A DNA stretch of 58,089 nt from Clostridiales bacterium (GCA_029267755.1 JAJUHS010000001.1:1-58089); one strand, 5' to 3'. Positions 1 to 10,300 are shown, numbered from the stretch's first letter. The notes: a model not told the origin generated them from the letters alone. Made by a program: numbers and translations.

Positions 1-93
1 AGCATCCTTAAAAACAGGCTGTTCATCGTCAACGCAACCAGATATCCCGACTCCATCCTGCTCGAATACTATATGGTCGAGATAGAAAAATAA
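1..93 (+). CDS. 3' end of an unidentified CDS truncated by the window edge
   Basis: Frame 1 is open from base 1 (...SILKNRLFIVNATRYPDSILLEYYMVEIEK*) with TAA at 91-93. A hairpin plus T-run follows about 30 nt downstream. Too short for a family call. Confidence 0.3.
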   Translation, partial: SILKNRLFIVNATRYPDSILLEYYMVEIEK

Positions 94-122
94 AATTGGC
101 CGCATTTTACCGTCTGCACGGA

Positions 123-158
123 GAACCGCCTCCTCTTTGGGATGCGGTTCTTTTTTCT
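123..158 (+). terminator. Rho-independent terminator
   Basis: GAACCGC (123-129) pairs with GCGGTTC (144-150), followed by TTTTTTCTT. Confidence 0.55.
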
Positions 159-163
159 TGGCT

Positions 164-778
164 TTACACCTTTTCGGCAGTTATCACCGACACCTCGTAC
201 GCTGTTTTTTCGACTCCGACTCCATTCTGAACCTTTATGTATTTGCGGCTTTGAAGCCGCCCTTCGAGTTTCACCGTCGTTCCGACGGTCCACTCGCTCG
301 CTTCCGCCGCCGTCTGCCCCCAGGCTATGCAGGGCAGATAATCCGAACGTTCGTAACGCCTGTTTACCGCAAGCATAAGGTCGCAGATTTCGCGTCCCAT
401 AGGCGTCTTGCGAAAATTCGGAGCTTTGCAGAGTGTTCCTGTGAGAAAAACTGTATTTTTATCCTCTTCGTCTGAGAACTGAAGTTCTCGGGCGAGAACT
501 GTTATAATAAGCTTGCTGCCTTTGCCGCTCTTATTATTAAACGAGCGTGCCTCGCCCCTTATATATAATTTACTGCCCTCCGCAATCTCTGTTTTTTTAA
601 GCATAGCCGCGCTAATAACGACATTTAGCCTGTCGGTCGTTCCAGACAGCCGCTCTACTTCAAGCGGAAACATATAATAGTCTTCCGTCCTGCTCCTGTG
701 AGAAAATTCAGGTTTTCCGCCAAGCACTCCGATAAGTTCAACCAGATTATTAGTCCACAGTTCCTCCATGCTTACCAT
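164..778 (-). CDS. SSB-like protein with two OB-fold halves and no acidic C-terminal tail
   Basis: The second half reads like canonical SSB (NTVFLTGTLCKAPNFRKTPMG..LMLAVNRRY..CIAWGQTAAEA..VKLEGRLQSRKY). The first half is a more diverged OB (LVELIGVLGGKPEFSHRS...YIRGEARSFN). Start moved to ATG 776-778 (MVSMEEL), preceded by AAAGGAA. The ORF-track start at 880 would overlap the upstream gene by 41 nt. Confidence 0.6.
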   Translation of the reverse strand: MVSMEELWTNNLVELIGVLGGKPEFSHRSRTEDYYMFPLEVERLSGTTDRLNVVISAAMLKKTEIAEGSKLYIRGEARSFNNKSGKGSKLIITVLARELQFSDEEDKNTVFLTGTLCKAPNFRKTPMGREICDLMLAVNRRYERSDYLPCIAWGQTAAEASEWTVGTTVKLEGRLQSRKYIKVQNGVGVEKTAYEVSVITAEKV

Positions 779-839
779 TCCTTTCAAGCCAGCTTCCTGT
801 GGACAGTATATTCGGGTATGTCCCCTCTTATAACAAGCC

Positions 840-1205
840 TCAGAAGAATTCGGCAAGCTTTTCGGGAGGTATTCCGGCAATCATAAACATTCCCGCAACG
901 GCCAGAAAGCTCTCCTCCGATAAGCCCTCGGGGCGGCGAAGCGATATTTCCTGCCGCTCTATTATTTCACCATCGAGCGTTGGCAGCTCGCGCTGAAGTG
1001 ATATAACGGTTTCGTAATCCGATATGCTCGAAGGAGATATAGTGCTTTTCTCAGATAGCCCGTAGCTTACCACACAGTCTGCATCATAATAGCCAAGCAA
1101 CTCGGAAGCGGTATCGGGAATGAGAAGTATTCTGCAGCTCTGAGGTTTTTTTTCACTCGCATCGATGGCTGATTTTGGTGGAATAACTATCAGGTTTTTT
1201 TTCAT
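840..1205 (-). CDS. Hypothetical protein (121 aa)
   Basis: ATG start preceded by GAAAGGAAAGG. No motif recognised. Sits between pgsA and the SSB-like gene on the same strand. Confidence 0.5.
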   Translation of the reverse strand: MKKNLIVIPPKSAIDASEKKPQSCRILLIPDTASELLGYYDADCVVSYGLSEKSTISPSSISDYETVISLQRELPTLDGEIIERQEISLRRPEGLSEESFLAVAGMFMIAGIPPEKLAEFF

Positions 1206-1220
1206 ATTATTATAACCTTT

Positions 1221-1268
1221 CCTTTCTCGGCTGCCGCTTTAGCGGCGAGAAAAAAGCGCACGCTTGAA
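1221..1268 (-). repeat. Copy C of a U-tract/GC-hairpin/purine-tract intergenic element
   Basis: Minus-strand sequence TTCAAGCGTGCGCTTTTTTCTCGCCGCTAAAGCGGCAGCCGAGAAAGG aligns with the copies at 29569 and 36177. It runs directly into the RBS of the 121-aa ORF. Confidence 0.5.
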
Positions 1269-1323
1269 GTTTATTTCAAGCTTAACCCCTGAAATAGTTT
1301 TAACGAGGTGACGGCTTTTATTC

Positions 1324-1353
1324 AAAATAAAAAGGCGAACTAAACGTCCGCCT
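1324..1353 (-). terminator. Rho-independent terminator after pgsA
   Basis: Minus strand reads AGGCGGAC-GTTTA-GTTCGCCT (8 bp with one G:U), followed by TTTTTATTTT. Confidence 0.6.
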
Positions 1354-1370
1354 GTAACTTATAAAGGTTT

Positions 1371-1910
1371 CTATTTTTTAATATTGAGAATTTTACTGTT
1401 TCTGATGAAGTATTCCACTCCGGACCAGACCGTAACCAGAATCATAATGGTATAGCAAATCGTATCTATAAGAATCATAGTGTCTTTCTGTCCGACCGGC
1501 ATCAGCATGACGCAGATGGCTATTATCGAAACCGCCGTCTTGATTTTTCCCGACCACGCGGCCGCAATCACCAGCCCCTCTGCCGCGGCTACCAGACGTA
1601 GTCCGGTTACGGCGAATTCCCTGGCGATTATTATCATGGCTGCCCAGCTCGGCATCTGCCCCCTCTCAACAAACACGAGTATAGCGGCAGTCACAAGCAA
1701 CTTGTCGGCGAGAGGGTCTAAAAATTTTCCGAAGTTGGTGCTTTGATTATACTTCCTCGCCACATAGCCGTCGACGCTGTCGGTAACGCTAGCCAGAATG
1801 AATATTATAAGCGCTATTATCTGCGCGTATTGCTCGTCTGTAAGCACCGCCATCAAAAAAAGCGGTATCATGGCAATGCGCAAAATTGTTATTTTGTTTG
1901 CCGTCGTCAT
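1371..1910 (-). CDS. pgsA: CDP-diacylglycerol--glycerol-3-phosphate 3-phosphatidyltransferase
   Basis: CDP-alcohol phosphatidyltransferase motif DSVDGYVARK...GKFLDPLADK. Multi-TM, 179 aa. Its start overlaps the rimO stop by 4 nt. Confidence 0.9.
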   Translation of the reverse strand: MTTANKITILRIAMIPLFLMAVLTDEQYAQIIALIIFILASVTDSVDGYVARKYNQSTNFGKFLDPLADKLLVTAAILVFVERGQMPSWAAMIIIAREFAVTGLRLVAAAEGLVIAAAWSGKIKTAVSIIAICVMLMPVGQKDTMILIDTICYTIMILVTVWSGVEYFIRNSKILNIKK

Positions 1911-3229
1911 TCTTCCACCTCGCCCGTAAGATCACCGTCCAACGTGCCTGTAATCCGAACCCTTACAAACTCGCCGGGTTCGGCTTCCCCCTCGAAAAAC
2001 ACCTTGCCATCCACATCGGGCGAGTCGGCAAAGCTTCTTCCGAACATACATTCAGCGTATTCGTCATAACCCTCGACAATCACCTCCGTTACCGTACCTA
2101 TACGCTTCTCGTTGAATTCGTCGATTACCCGCGACTGTATATCAACGAGCAGCTCGGCCCTATGCTCCGCAGTTTCCCTGTCCGGACGGTCATCCATTTC
2201 CGCCGCGGGAGTCCCCTCCTCTGGGGAATATGCGAACACGCCTGCGCGCTCAATCTTTGCCTCTCGCAGGAAGTCCGAAAGTTCCTCGAACTCCGCCTCT
2301 CCCTCTCCCGGCAAACCGGTTATAATGCTTGTTCTAAGCACAAGCCCCGGAATTTTATCGCGAAGCTTTTTAAACAGCGCCCGAATCTCCCTGCCGGTTC
2401 CACGCCGGTTCATTCTCTTAAGTATGCCGTCGTTTATATGCTGTATCGGTATGTCGAGGTACTTCAGTACCTTTTCCTCCGAGGCAATGACGTCTATAAG
2501 CCTGTCGTCGATTTCGTCGGGGTAGAGATAGTGAAGCCGTATCCACTTTACCCCTTCAATATGGCAAAGCTTTAGAATAAGCTCATAAAGCTTCCTCTCC
2601 CCATATAGGTCCAAACCATATCTCGTGATGTCCTGGGCTATGACTATAATCTCCCTTGCGCCCATTGCGGCAAGAGCCCCGGCCTCTTTCAGGACATTTT
2701 CCATCGGCCTGCTCCGGTATTTTCCGCGAAGCCCCGGAATCACACAGTATGCGCAGCGGTTGTCGCAACCCTCCGCGATACGGAGGTAAGCCCACCCGGG
2801 ACCGCTCGTCACTATTCTCTCCGTTTCCGAAACGGGCGCGTCGATGTCTCCGAAGCGGCTCACGCGTTCTCCGTTCAGAACTTCCGCAAGCGCCTCCGCG
2901 ATCTCGTCAAAGCTGCCGCAGCCCACAAGTCCGTCAACCTCCGGCATTTCTTCCATTATCTCGTTCTTATAGCGTTCTGAAAGGCATCCAGCGACGATTA
3001 TCTTTTTGAGCCGTCCCGCCTTTTTAAGCTCCGCATACTCCAGTATGTTCTCGATCGCCTCGGTTTTGGCGCTCTCTATGAAGCCGCAGGTATTTATTAT
3101 TACAGCTTCGGCATCTTCCACTGAGCCGGTTATGTCAAATCCAGCCTCTTGAAGCTTCCAAAGCATCTGCTCGCTGTTGACCATATTTTTGGCGCACCCC
3201 AGCGAAACCATTCCCACTTTACAGGACAT
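1907..3229 (-). CDS. rimO: Ribosomal protein S12 methylthiotransferase (radical SAM, MiaB/RimO family)
   Basis: N-terminal VSLGCAKN, radical-SAM CDNRCAYCVIP and a C-terminal TRAM-like domain. The position upstream of pgsA is typical for rimO. Confidence 0.8.
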   Translation of the reverse strand: MSCKVGMVSLGCAKNMVNSEQMLWKLQEAGFDITGSVEDAEAVIINTCGFIESAKTEAIENILEYAELKKAGRLKKIIVAGCLSERYKNEIMEEMPEVDGLVGCGSFDEIAEALAEVLNGERVSRFGDIDAPVSETERIVTSGPGWAYLRIAEGCDNRCAYCVIPGLRGKYRSRPMENVLKEAGALAAMGAREIIVIAQDITRYGLDLYGERKLYELILKLCHIEGVKWIRLHYLYPDEIDDRLIDVIASEEKVLKYLDIPIQHINDGILKRMNRRGTGREIRALFKKLRDKIPGLVLRTSIITGLPGEGEAEFEELSDFLREAKIERAGVFAYSPEEGTPAAEMDDRPDRETAEHRAELLVDIQSRVIDEFNEKRIGTVTEVIVEGYDEYAECMFGRSFADSPDVDGKVFFEGEAEPGEFVRVRITGTLDGDLTGEVEE

Positions 3230-3270
3230 CAGTTTTTCCTCCGTAAATTAATGAAAACGCCCGCTGGTTG

Positions 3271-3918
3271 TCACATCCAATCATTGTCCGAATCAAAACC
3301 TGGCGTTTCGTTTGCAGCTTTGTACCTTGAGATAGCCTCGTGTATCTCATCCCAGGAAAAGCCGCGGCGGTACAAAGCATCCGAGGCCTTTTTCAGTTCC
3401 TTCGCGCCGACACCGTTTTTAAGCTTTGCTCTGAGCAAACGATCAATGCTCTCCTCATTTGCGGCGTATTCTGAAAGCGCCTCGTCCCACAGCTCACGGG
3501 GCACGCCGCGCCTGAAAAACTCATCCTTTATCCTGGCTTTGCCGTATCCCTTTGCGGCACAGCGCCGCACAAGTGCGGCCGCGTATTCCGCATCGTCCAA
3601 AGCGCCCATGTCCCTGAGCCATCCGCATGCCTCCTCCGCGTCCTCTTTATTAACTCCTTTTTCAGACAGGCGCCTTTTGAGCTCCTTTTCGGTGAGCGGT
3701 TGCGCTCCTATCATCGCCGCCGCCTTCGCCCTCGCGGTCTGCTTCCCGCATTCGGATTTGACACTCTCAAGCTCGGAGTCGGCAAGCTCCCTGCCCGGCA
3801 GAAGGCCGAACTTAGCGACGACGGTCTCCGGCACTTCAAGCGCGGGAGTGCCGTCAAAATGAAGGATATATCCGTCCCCGCGCTTTGACTTTTCTACACT
3901 CGCAATACGCAGGCTCAT
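3271..3918 (-). CDS. recX: Recombination regulator RecX
   Basis: 215 aa with helical repeats ([25 protein letters not shown]..). Its start overlaps the recA stop by 4 nt. Confidence 0.85.
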   Translation of the reverse strand: MSLRIASVEKSKRGDGYILHFDGTPALEVPETVVAKFGLLPGRELADSELESVKSECGKQTARAKAAAMIGAQPLTEKELKRRLSEKGVNKEDAEEACGWLRDMGALDDAEYAAALVRRCAAKGYGKARIKDEFFRRGVPRELWDEALSEYAANEESIDRLLRAKLKNGVGAKELKKASDALYRRGFSWDEIHEAISRYKAANETPGFDSDNDWM

Positions 3919-5015
3919 TCGTCAAAGTCGTCGGCATCAATATCCACGGCGCGCCCCGCAGCTTTAGCGGCCGCCTTTGACTGCACGCCCATCAGCTTAT
4001 ACGCGTTCTGCCTTACCTCCGCTTCAAGCTCTGCGGCTGCCTCCGGGTTCGCCTTTAAAAATTCCTTTGCTCCGTCCCTTCCCTGCACGCGGCTTCCGCA
4101 TACAGTGAACCAAGAGCCGCTTTTCTCGACAAGATCGAGCTTGACTCCGATGTCGATGAGCTCTCCGACCTTTGATATGCCCTCTCCGTACATTATATCA
4201 AACTCTGCCTCCTTGAATGGGGGCGCTACCTTATTCTTGGTTATTTTCACCTTTGTGCGGTTTCCTATTATCTCGGAACCGTTTTTGAGAGACTCTATCC
4301 GGCGTACATCTATACGGACGCTGGCATAGAACTTAAGAGCTCTGCCGCCGGTAGTTGTTTCGGGGTTGCCGTACGAGGTTCCGATTTTTTCGCGAAGCTG
4401 ATTGATAAACACAACCACGCAGTTTGTCTTTGATATCGAGCCTGCGAGCTTGCGAAGCGCCTGAGACATGAGTCTTGCCTGAAGGCCGACGAAGGAATCA
4501 CCCATTTCGCCCTCGATCTCGCTTCTCGGAACGAGCGCCGCGACCGAGTCGACTATCACGGCGTCGATAGCACCCGATCGCACGAGCGCCTCGGTTATCT
4601 CCAGCGCCTGCTCGCCCGTATCGGGCTGTGAAACCAGCAGATTGTCGATATCGACGCCAAGGGCGCGGGCATAGGAGGGATCCAGCGCATGCTCCGCATC
4701 GATGAACGCCACCTCGCCGCCGAGTTTCTGAGCCGAGGCGAGTATGTGAAGTGCAAGCGTCGTCTTGCCGGAGGACTCAGGCCCATATATTTCGATTATT
4801 CGGCCCTTGGGCACTCCGCCAATGCCGAGCGCAAGGTCAAGTGAAAGCGAGCCTGTCGGAATCGCCGCTACATTGATGCCCGAATTATCTCCGAGACGCA
4901 TAACCGCTCCCTTTCCATAATTCTTTTCTATTTGGGCGAGAGCGGTCTCAAGCGCTTTCTTCTTGTCGGAAGCGGGAGCCGCGGATTCCATCGGGGCTTT
5001 TTTCTTATCAGCCAT
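3915..5015 (-). CDS. recA: Recombinase RecA
   Basis: Walker [20 protein letters not shown] and INQLREKIG. 366 aa. Confidence 0.98.
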   Translation of the reverse strand: MADKKKAPMESAAPASDKKKALETALAQIEKNYGKGAVMRLGDNSGINVAAIPTGSLSLDLALGIGGVPKGRIIEIYGPESSGKTTLALHILASAQKLGGEVAFIDAEHALDPSYARALGVDIDNLLVSQPDTGEQALEITEALVRSGAIDAVIVDSVAALVPRSEIEGEMGDSFVGLQARLMSQALRKLAGSISKTNCVVVFINQLREKIGTSYGNPETTTGGRALKFYASVRIDVRRIESLKNGSEIIGNRTKVKITKNKVAPPFKEAEFDIMYGEGISKVGELIDIGVKLDLVEKSGSWFTVCGSRVQGRDGAKEFLKANPEAAAELEAEVRQNAYKLMGVQSKAAAKAAGRAVDIDADDFDE

Positions 5016-5043
5016 ATCCTACACCTCAATCAATTAAAATTAA

Positions 5044-5901
5044 TTAGACAACCTTGCCGACAACGACGCGGTCTATACCCTGCGTGTCCTTGACGGTCTT
5101 GTAATATATGAACTCTCCATTTGAAATTATGTTCTTAACGTCCTGCGCCTGCCCGATGCCGCATTCGAGCGCGATAAAACCGCCGGGCCTCAGCACCTTC
5201 CGCCAAGACGACGCAAGGTAACGGTAAAAGTCGAGCCCGTCCTCTCCGCCGTCGAGAGCGCCGAGAGGCTCGAAGTCCCTTACCGAGCGGTCAAGCTCCA
5301 ATATGTCATTTGTGGGAATGTAGGGGGGGTTGCAGACTATAATGTCAAAGGTTCCGAGCAGCATTGGCGGAGCCTCCCTGACGTCCGCCCTTATGCAGTT
5401 CGTCCGCAGTGCGAGATGATTTTTTAAAATATTCGCGCGGCAAACCTTTAACGCTTCCTCCGATATGTCTGACAACACAGCTTTCGCCCCCGGCAGCTTA
5501 TGGGCGAGCGCGATTCCGATGCAGCCGCTTCCGGTGCAGAGGTCGAGGATCCTTGGCTCCTCTTTTCCCGCCAAAAGCTCAAGTGCCGTATCCACAAGGA
5601 TTTCCGAGTCAGAGCGCGGGATAAGAACATCCTTTGTTATAACAAGAGGCAGTCCGTAAAACTCCCAGTCGCCCGTAATATAAGCCACCGGCTCTCCTGA
5701 GAGGCGCCTCTCAATAAGCCCCGCGACCTTTTCCTCATACTCAGAGGCGACATAGAGCCTGGCATCGCGGATAAACTCTTCTTTGGTTTTTCCGGCGGCG
5801 GCCGAAAGTATTATTCGCGCTTCAAGGCTATATTCCTCGATACCCGCCGCCTTAAGTCTCTTTCTGGCTTCCAGATATATGTCGTTATATGTTTTTGGCA
5901 C
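5044..5901 (-). CDS. prmC: Peptide chain release factor N5-glutamine methyltransferase
   Basis: SAM motif LDLCTGSGCIG and catalytic NPPY (CNPPYIP). GTG start 7 nt after GGAGGTG. Confidence 0.85.
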   Translation of the reverse strand: MPKTYNDIYLEARKRLKAAGIEEYSLEARIILSAAAGKTKEEFIRDARLYVASEYEEKVAGLIERRLSGEPVAYITGDWEFYGLPLVITKDVLIPRSDSEILVDTALELLAGKEEPRILDLCTGSGCIGIALAHKLPGAKAVLSDISEEALKVCRANILKNHLALRTNCIRADVREAPPMLLGTFDIIVCNPPYIPTNDILELDRSVRDFEPLGALDGGEDGLDFYRYLASSWRKVLRPGGFIALECGIGQAQDVKNIISNGEFIYYKTVKDTQGIDRVVVGKVV

Positions 5902-5943
5902 CGGATACCACCTCCGTTTGCAAGCCGCAAATCCGGTTTGATT

Positions 5944-6885
5944 TCACCATGCGTCGGCGCCCTTTTCCTCGGGTATTACCACCTTGAGAGCGGCTATCGC
6001 AACCTCAAGCATCGAGTCGTCCGGCTCGAAAACCGTAAGCTTCTGCAAAGCCTTGCCGGGCGCCGCGAGTATTGTTGAAAGAACATTGTCATGCCGGCCT
6101 GTCCAGCGGCTTATCTCGTAGCTTATCCCCACCACCACAGGCAACAGCAAAATTCGTATTCCCATTCTTACGAGAGGGTTGGACCAGCTTACCGCGGAAA
6201 AAACCAGTGTGCTGACTATAATGACTATAAACAGGAAGCTTGTACCGCATCTCGGATGCTCCCGTGGCTGTATTCTTGCGTTTTCAACAGTGAGCGGGAG
6301 CCCGTTTTCATAGCAAAATATGGACTTGTGCTCAGCTCCGTGATATTCAAAAACGCGCCGTATGTCCTTGACTTTGGTTACTCCCCAGAGATAAACGAGG
6401 AATATCGCGATTCTGATAATACCCTCTATAAGGTTTTTTATTAAGTTCGAGCTTATAAAATGCGTAACAACCCCGGCGGCCAGCGTCGGCAGCAATATAA
6501 AAATTCCAACGGAAAACGCAATGCCAAGAACCACGGAAAGACCTATGATATACTTCTTTGCCTTTTCCGCACCGAACTTATTTTCTATCCAGCGGTCGAA
6601 TTTATCCGGCTCATACTCCCCATCCTCCGACTGCTCGGCGGAATACATCAGGGCGTTCACCCCCTTTATCATGCTGTCCAGAAAGTTGACAGACCCGCGT
6701 ATAAATGGAAGCCCGAGAATAGGATAGCGATCCTTTGTTAGCGTAAGCTCCTCTTCCTTTGTGACAAGTCCGTCCTTAGTCCTTACTACTATCGCCTGTT
6801 TTTTCGGTCCCCGCATCAATATGCCTTCGATAAGCGCCTGTCCGCCGATGCTCGTTCGGAATGTGCCTGATTTCTGCTTCATCAT
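5944..6885 (-). CDS. DUF1385 (YqhQ-like) membrane protein
   Basis: IGGQALIEGILMRGP and EYHGAEHK motifs, multi-TM, common neighbour of prmC. The ORF-track start at 6894 is TTG. ATG 6885 or 6882 follows a GGAG, so the start is uncertain by 3-12 nt. Confidence 0.75.
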   Translation of the reverse strand: MMKQKSGTFRTSIGGQALIEGILMRGPKKQAIVVRTKDGLVTKEEELTLTKDRYPILGLPFIRGSVNFLDSMIKGVNALMYSAEQSEDGEYEPDKFDRWIENKFGAEKAKKYIIGLSVVLGIAFSVGIFILLPTLAAGVVTHFISSNLIKNLIEGIIRIAIFLVYLWGVTKVKDIRRVFEYHGAEHKSIFCYENGLPLTVENARIQPREHPRCGTSFLFIVIIVSTLVFSAVSWSNPLVRMGIRILLLPVVVGISYEISRWTGRHDNVLSTILAAPGKALQKLTVFEPDDSMLEVAIAALKVVIPEEKGADAW

Positions 6886-7034
6886 TTTCTCCAATCCCGA
6901 ATGGCAGCCATCCGGAGATAAACATGCAAACTTACAGATTTTCTATTGATTATATCACAACTGATTTAGGATGTGTAGTATTTTGTGAATATAAATGGCG
7001 ATTGACTTTATCCGTTTGGGAAACAAAATAACAC

Positions 7035-7063
7035 TTGAAATCCGTCACTCCTTATTGTATAAT
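7035..7063 (+). promoter_or_regulatory. Sigma-A type promoter for tRNA-Leu
   Basis: TTGAAA (7035-7040), 17-nt spacer ending in TG, TATAAT (7058-7063). Lies 15 nt upstream of the tRNA 5' end. Confidence 0.6.
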
Positions 7064-7078
7064 CTAATCTGTTTCTAC

Positions 7079-7165
7079 GCCGGTGTGATGGAATTGGCAG
7101 ACGTGCTGGACTCAAAATCCAGTGGTAGCGATACCGTACCGGTTCGACCCCGGTCACCGGCACCA
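7079..7165 (+). tRNA. tRNA-Leu (anticodon CAA), class II with long variable arm, CCA encoded
   Basis: Acceptor GCCGGTG/CACCGGC. Anticodon stem CTGGA/TCCAG with loop CTCAAAA. Long variable arm. T-arm ACCGG-TTCGACC-CCGGT. Discriminator A followed by CCA. Confidence 0.9.
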
Positions 7166-7206
7166 AAAAGCCTCAAGTATCGATAATGCTTGAGGCTTTA
7201 TTATTT
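7166..7206. terminator. Bidirectional rho-independent terminator (tRNA-Leu and the convergent hydrolase operon)
   Basis: AAGCCTCAAG (7168-7177) pairs with CTTGAGGCTT (7189-7198). An A-run lies 5' and a T-rich tail lies 3'. Confidence 0.65.
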
Positions 7207-7277
7207 AATTGCTTGCTTTAATAGTGTCCGTTGATTTTATATCTACGGACATATTGTATTTTCTCCTTGTCTTTACA

Positions 7278-7317
7278 GGCAGCCATGGCGCAGCGATTTC
7301 GCCGCGCCATGGCTGCC
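7278..7317. repeat. Perfect 14-bp GC-rich inverted repeat (hairpin or palindrome of unknown role)
   Basis: GGCAGCCATGGCGC (7278-7291) pairs with GCGCCATGGCTGCC (7304-7317) across a 12-nt spacer. No T-run on either side. Confidence 0.8.
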
Positions 7318-7365
7318 ATATAAATTATGAGAAGATTTTTATATAATGTCTGCTGTTCAGCGGCA

Positions 7366-10300
7366 TTATTTATCGGGGTTTGTGTTTGCCGCGTCTACGT
7401 TTCCGAATATAACCATCGTCTGATCTTCAGCATACCAGGTTGCGGTCAGAGCCTTAAAGGCCGGGATGGAGGAAAGATTCTTAGCAGTCGTATAAAGTGC
7501 TCCATTCTTTTCAACGACTCCGGCGATTGAAGCCGTGATACCGGAAACATCCGCGCCTATTACCCTTGCGACATAGGAAACCGGGATATAGGGCGTCCCC
7601 TTTTCGTCAAGGATCAGAGGGGTTTTAATTCTGCGGTCTACATAGTTTACAACAGCAGTGTCCGAGCCCGGGGTGAGAACGATTTTAGTCCCCTTTGGGT
7701 TGCCCTTAAGCCATTTGTCGAGGTAATTCAGAAGTCCCGCCTTGACGACGGCCGTTTTGCCGTAGTTGCCCTGAGTGTTTCCGTAGTAGAACGTAAGCAC
7801 GCCGTTGTTCTGAAGCTCCTTAAAGGTTCGCATTGACTGGTTGTTTGTTATGTTCTGCGCCCCGCCGAAACCACCGTAGAGCGCCATCACGGGATCGTCC
7901 GGCGAAACATAGCTTATCGGGCTGGTCTCAGCTGCGCGCTGGATCGCAGCAAGAATCTCCGCGACGGTGTAGGTGTAGGTTCCGAGCGTGGTTACCGTTC
8001 CGGCTGCGAACAGACCGTCGGTGGTGCCGAACGGGAACCAGCGTTCTCTGTAAGCGCTATCAATTGTAAACGTATAGCATAGCTCGCCCTCACTGTTTTC
8101 GCAGAAATGATATGCTCTTCCCTCAGTGTTTGCAAGACTGCCGTTTATGCCTTTCTTGTAGAGTTCATACTGCTCCATAAAGTTTCTGAGCATAAGGAAA
8201 CCCTTTCCGGCTCCGTACCAGTTAATTGCACTTGCGGCCGGGGCGTTCTCCCCGTCACCTCCGCTTATCATCGAGGCGAGCAGATCGGTTCTTCCTGCGT
8301 TGTCCGTACGCTGGTCAAGGCCGAAGTTTATAAGGTCGGTCCATCCGTAACCGATTACCGCGGCCTGTACGCGGCTTGAAATGCCTGTGTTTCCGCCGAC
8401 GCCGCCTTCAATGGAGCTATAAGCGCCAACTGCGGCTCCAAGAGATGAGTTTCCGCCCAGCGACTGTCCGTAGAGAGCGAACTTCTCGGAGTTGAGGTTA
8501 TACTTATCCGCGTTCGCCCGCAGGAACCTGACGTTGCCGCTGATATCCGCGTACCAGTCGGGAGTGCACTCTGGCGGATAAGCTCTGAGGTCAACGCCCG
8601 CTACGGCATAGCCGTTTGCGAGGCAGGCCATAAGGAAGGAATCTATTCCGCTGATATCGCCGCCGTAGCCGTGAACGAATATCACCAGCGGTACGGCGCC
8701 TGACTTGGCCTCATTTGGCAGGTATATGTTGATATTGAGGCTCTTCATAGTTGGCAGGTACAGTCCGTCGGTAAGCGGCTGTATCCCGATCCTGGTCATC
8801 TGCACCCTGTTGAAGCTCGGGAAAGCCACGCCTCCCCTTGCCATTCCGCCAGTATAATCCTGCGCCCTGCCGTTAAACTGTATAGCCTCCGGCTCAAATA
8901 CGATTCCAGCATCGTCGAAGGTTGCCTTGCTGATGACCGTTCCGCCGGAAATAGTCTCATACCTTACGGTGTATCCGTCGACTGGCAGCTTAATCCATGT
9001 GCCGTTGTAATATAGATGCTTGGCGTCGCTGAAGAAATACATCGTCCCAGCATACTGGGCTCCCGAGGCAAGTGTAACCGTACCATTATAGACGTTTGAG
9101 TTCTTCTCGGTCGTCGGAAGCACTATGCAGGAAGGGCTGTCTCCGCCTGTGCCGATCGTAATTTCGGTATCCGAAGAAACATTCAGCTTGAAGTATGTGC
9201 CCGCAGCGTATGATTTTGTTATGGCATCCGTAAAGTCGACCTTTACGTTTACCGGGTTGCCGGTCATATCTACGGACAGATTTTTGCTTACTATTGCGCT
9301 GCTTCCGGTTTTGGAGCCAAGTTCTATTGAAACAGCCAGATTTGCCTTAGTGCCGGCTGCGCCGGTAACCCACAGGTAAGCCTGAGCGAAGCCGACGAGC
9401 TCAAGGTTGGAACCGCTGGTGCTCATGTTGGGCGCAGAGCTGAAGCTGAGGCTCTTGCCGCTCATGGAAGCCGCCGTATCCGGAAGCGCCGGATTCAAAG
9501 TGCCGGAATTTCCGCTTCCTCCCTCCGCTATGGAATCAAGGTCGTCAAGGTATAGCTTTGAATAGTTTTCCTCTTCGGTCGGGAATGTGTTGCTGTACCG
9601 CCAGCTGGCTGCTCCCTTCAAGTCGGGAACATTGTAATAATACTTCGGGGCTGAGCTGTTTGTGTTGTTTATAAGCACGCCCTGATTGTTCCAGCCCTCT
9701 GCCGCGGTATAGTAAGATGTATCGCGTATAGTCTTGCTCTCCTGAACAGTATTTTTGGGCGGAGTGGAAATCATCGTCTTTGCGAGAAGGTTGCCGTTTG
9801 CGTATGAAACAGTGACTATACCGTATGAGCCGGCAAGCCTGCCATGCTCAGGCAAAACCTTCCCGTTGCTGTCGTACCATGGTATGTAGGAGCCTTTTTT
9901 GCCCGCCGGATAGTATTTTACCGCAAGACCGGTTATGGAGGTTACATATTTGACCGTGCCGTAAATATGTCCGTTTACTGTCATCGTCTGTCCGGGAACT
10001 TCATAAGCCGGAACTGTGCTTCCGATAAGTGAACGCAAAAGCTCAAGACTTATCCATGCGGCGCCGTCCCGCTCAATTACCGGCTGGACATCGGAGGACG
10101 ACGAAACATAATTCGCAGCTACGTTGTACTTCCTTGTTTTGCTGTCTGCCGCATAAAGGGCTATTTTCGTATCCTCGGGCTTGTTTTTAAGATATGTGTC
10201 CAGATACGCGTCTATGGAAGCGCAGACCTCCTCCATGGAGCCGTATGCGTAGGCGCTGACGCCCGCCTGAGTGTTCGCAGCCTCGAAAGCGGTCGCATCC

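Noticed and set aside
1886-3862. Plus-strand ORFs 1886-2575, 2112-2525 and 3149-3862
   Set aside because: They are antisense to rimO and recX. Their translations are Ser/Arg/Pro-rich, consistent with GC-rich shadow frames.
5016-5110. LexA (Cheo-box, GAAC-N4-GTTC) operator upstream of recA
   Set aside because: The recA-prmC gap is only 28 nt and holds no such motif. The nearest GAAC...GTTC pair (about 5110-5135) has the wrong spacing.
6995-7186. 63-aa ORF
   Set aside because: It overlaps tRNA-Leu and its promoter. Its reading frame runs through the tRNA.
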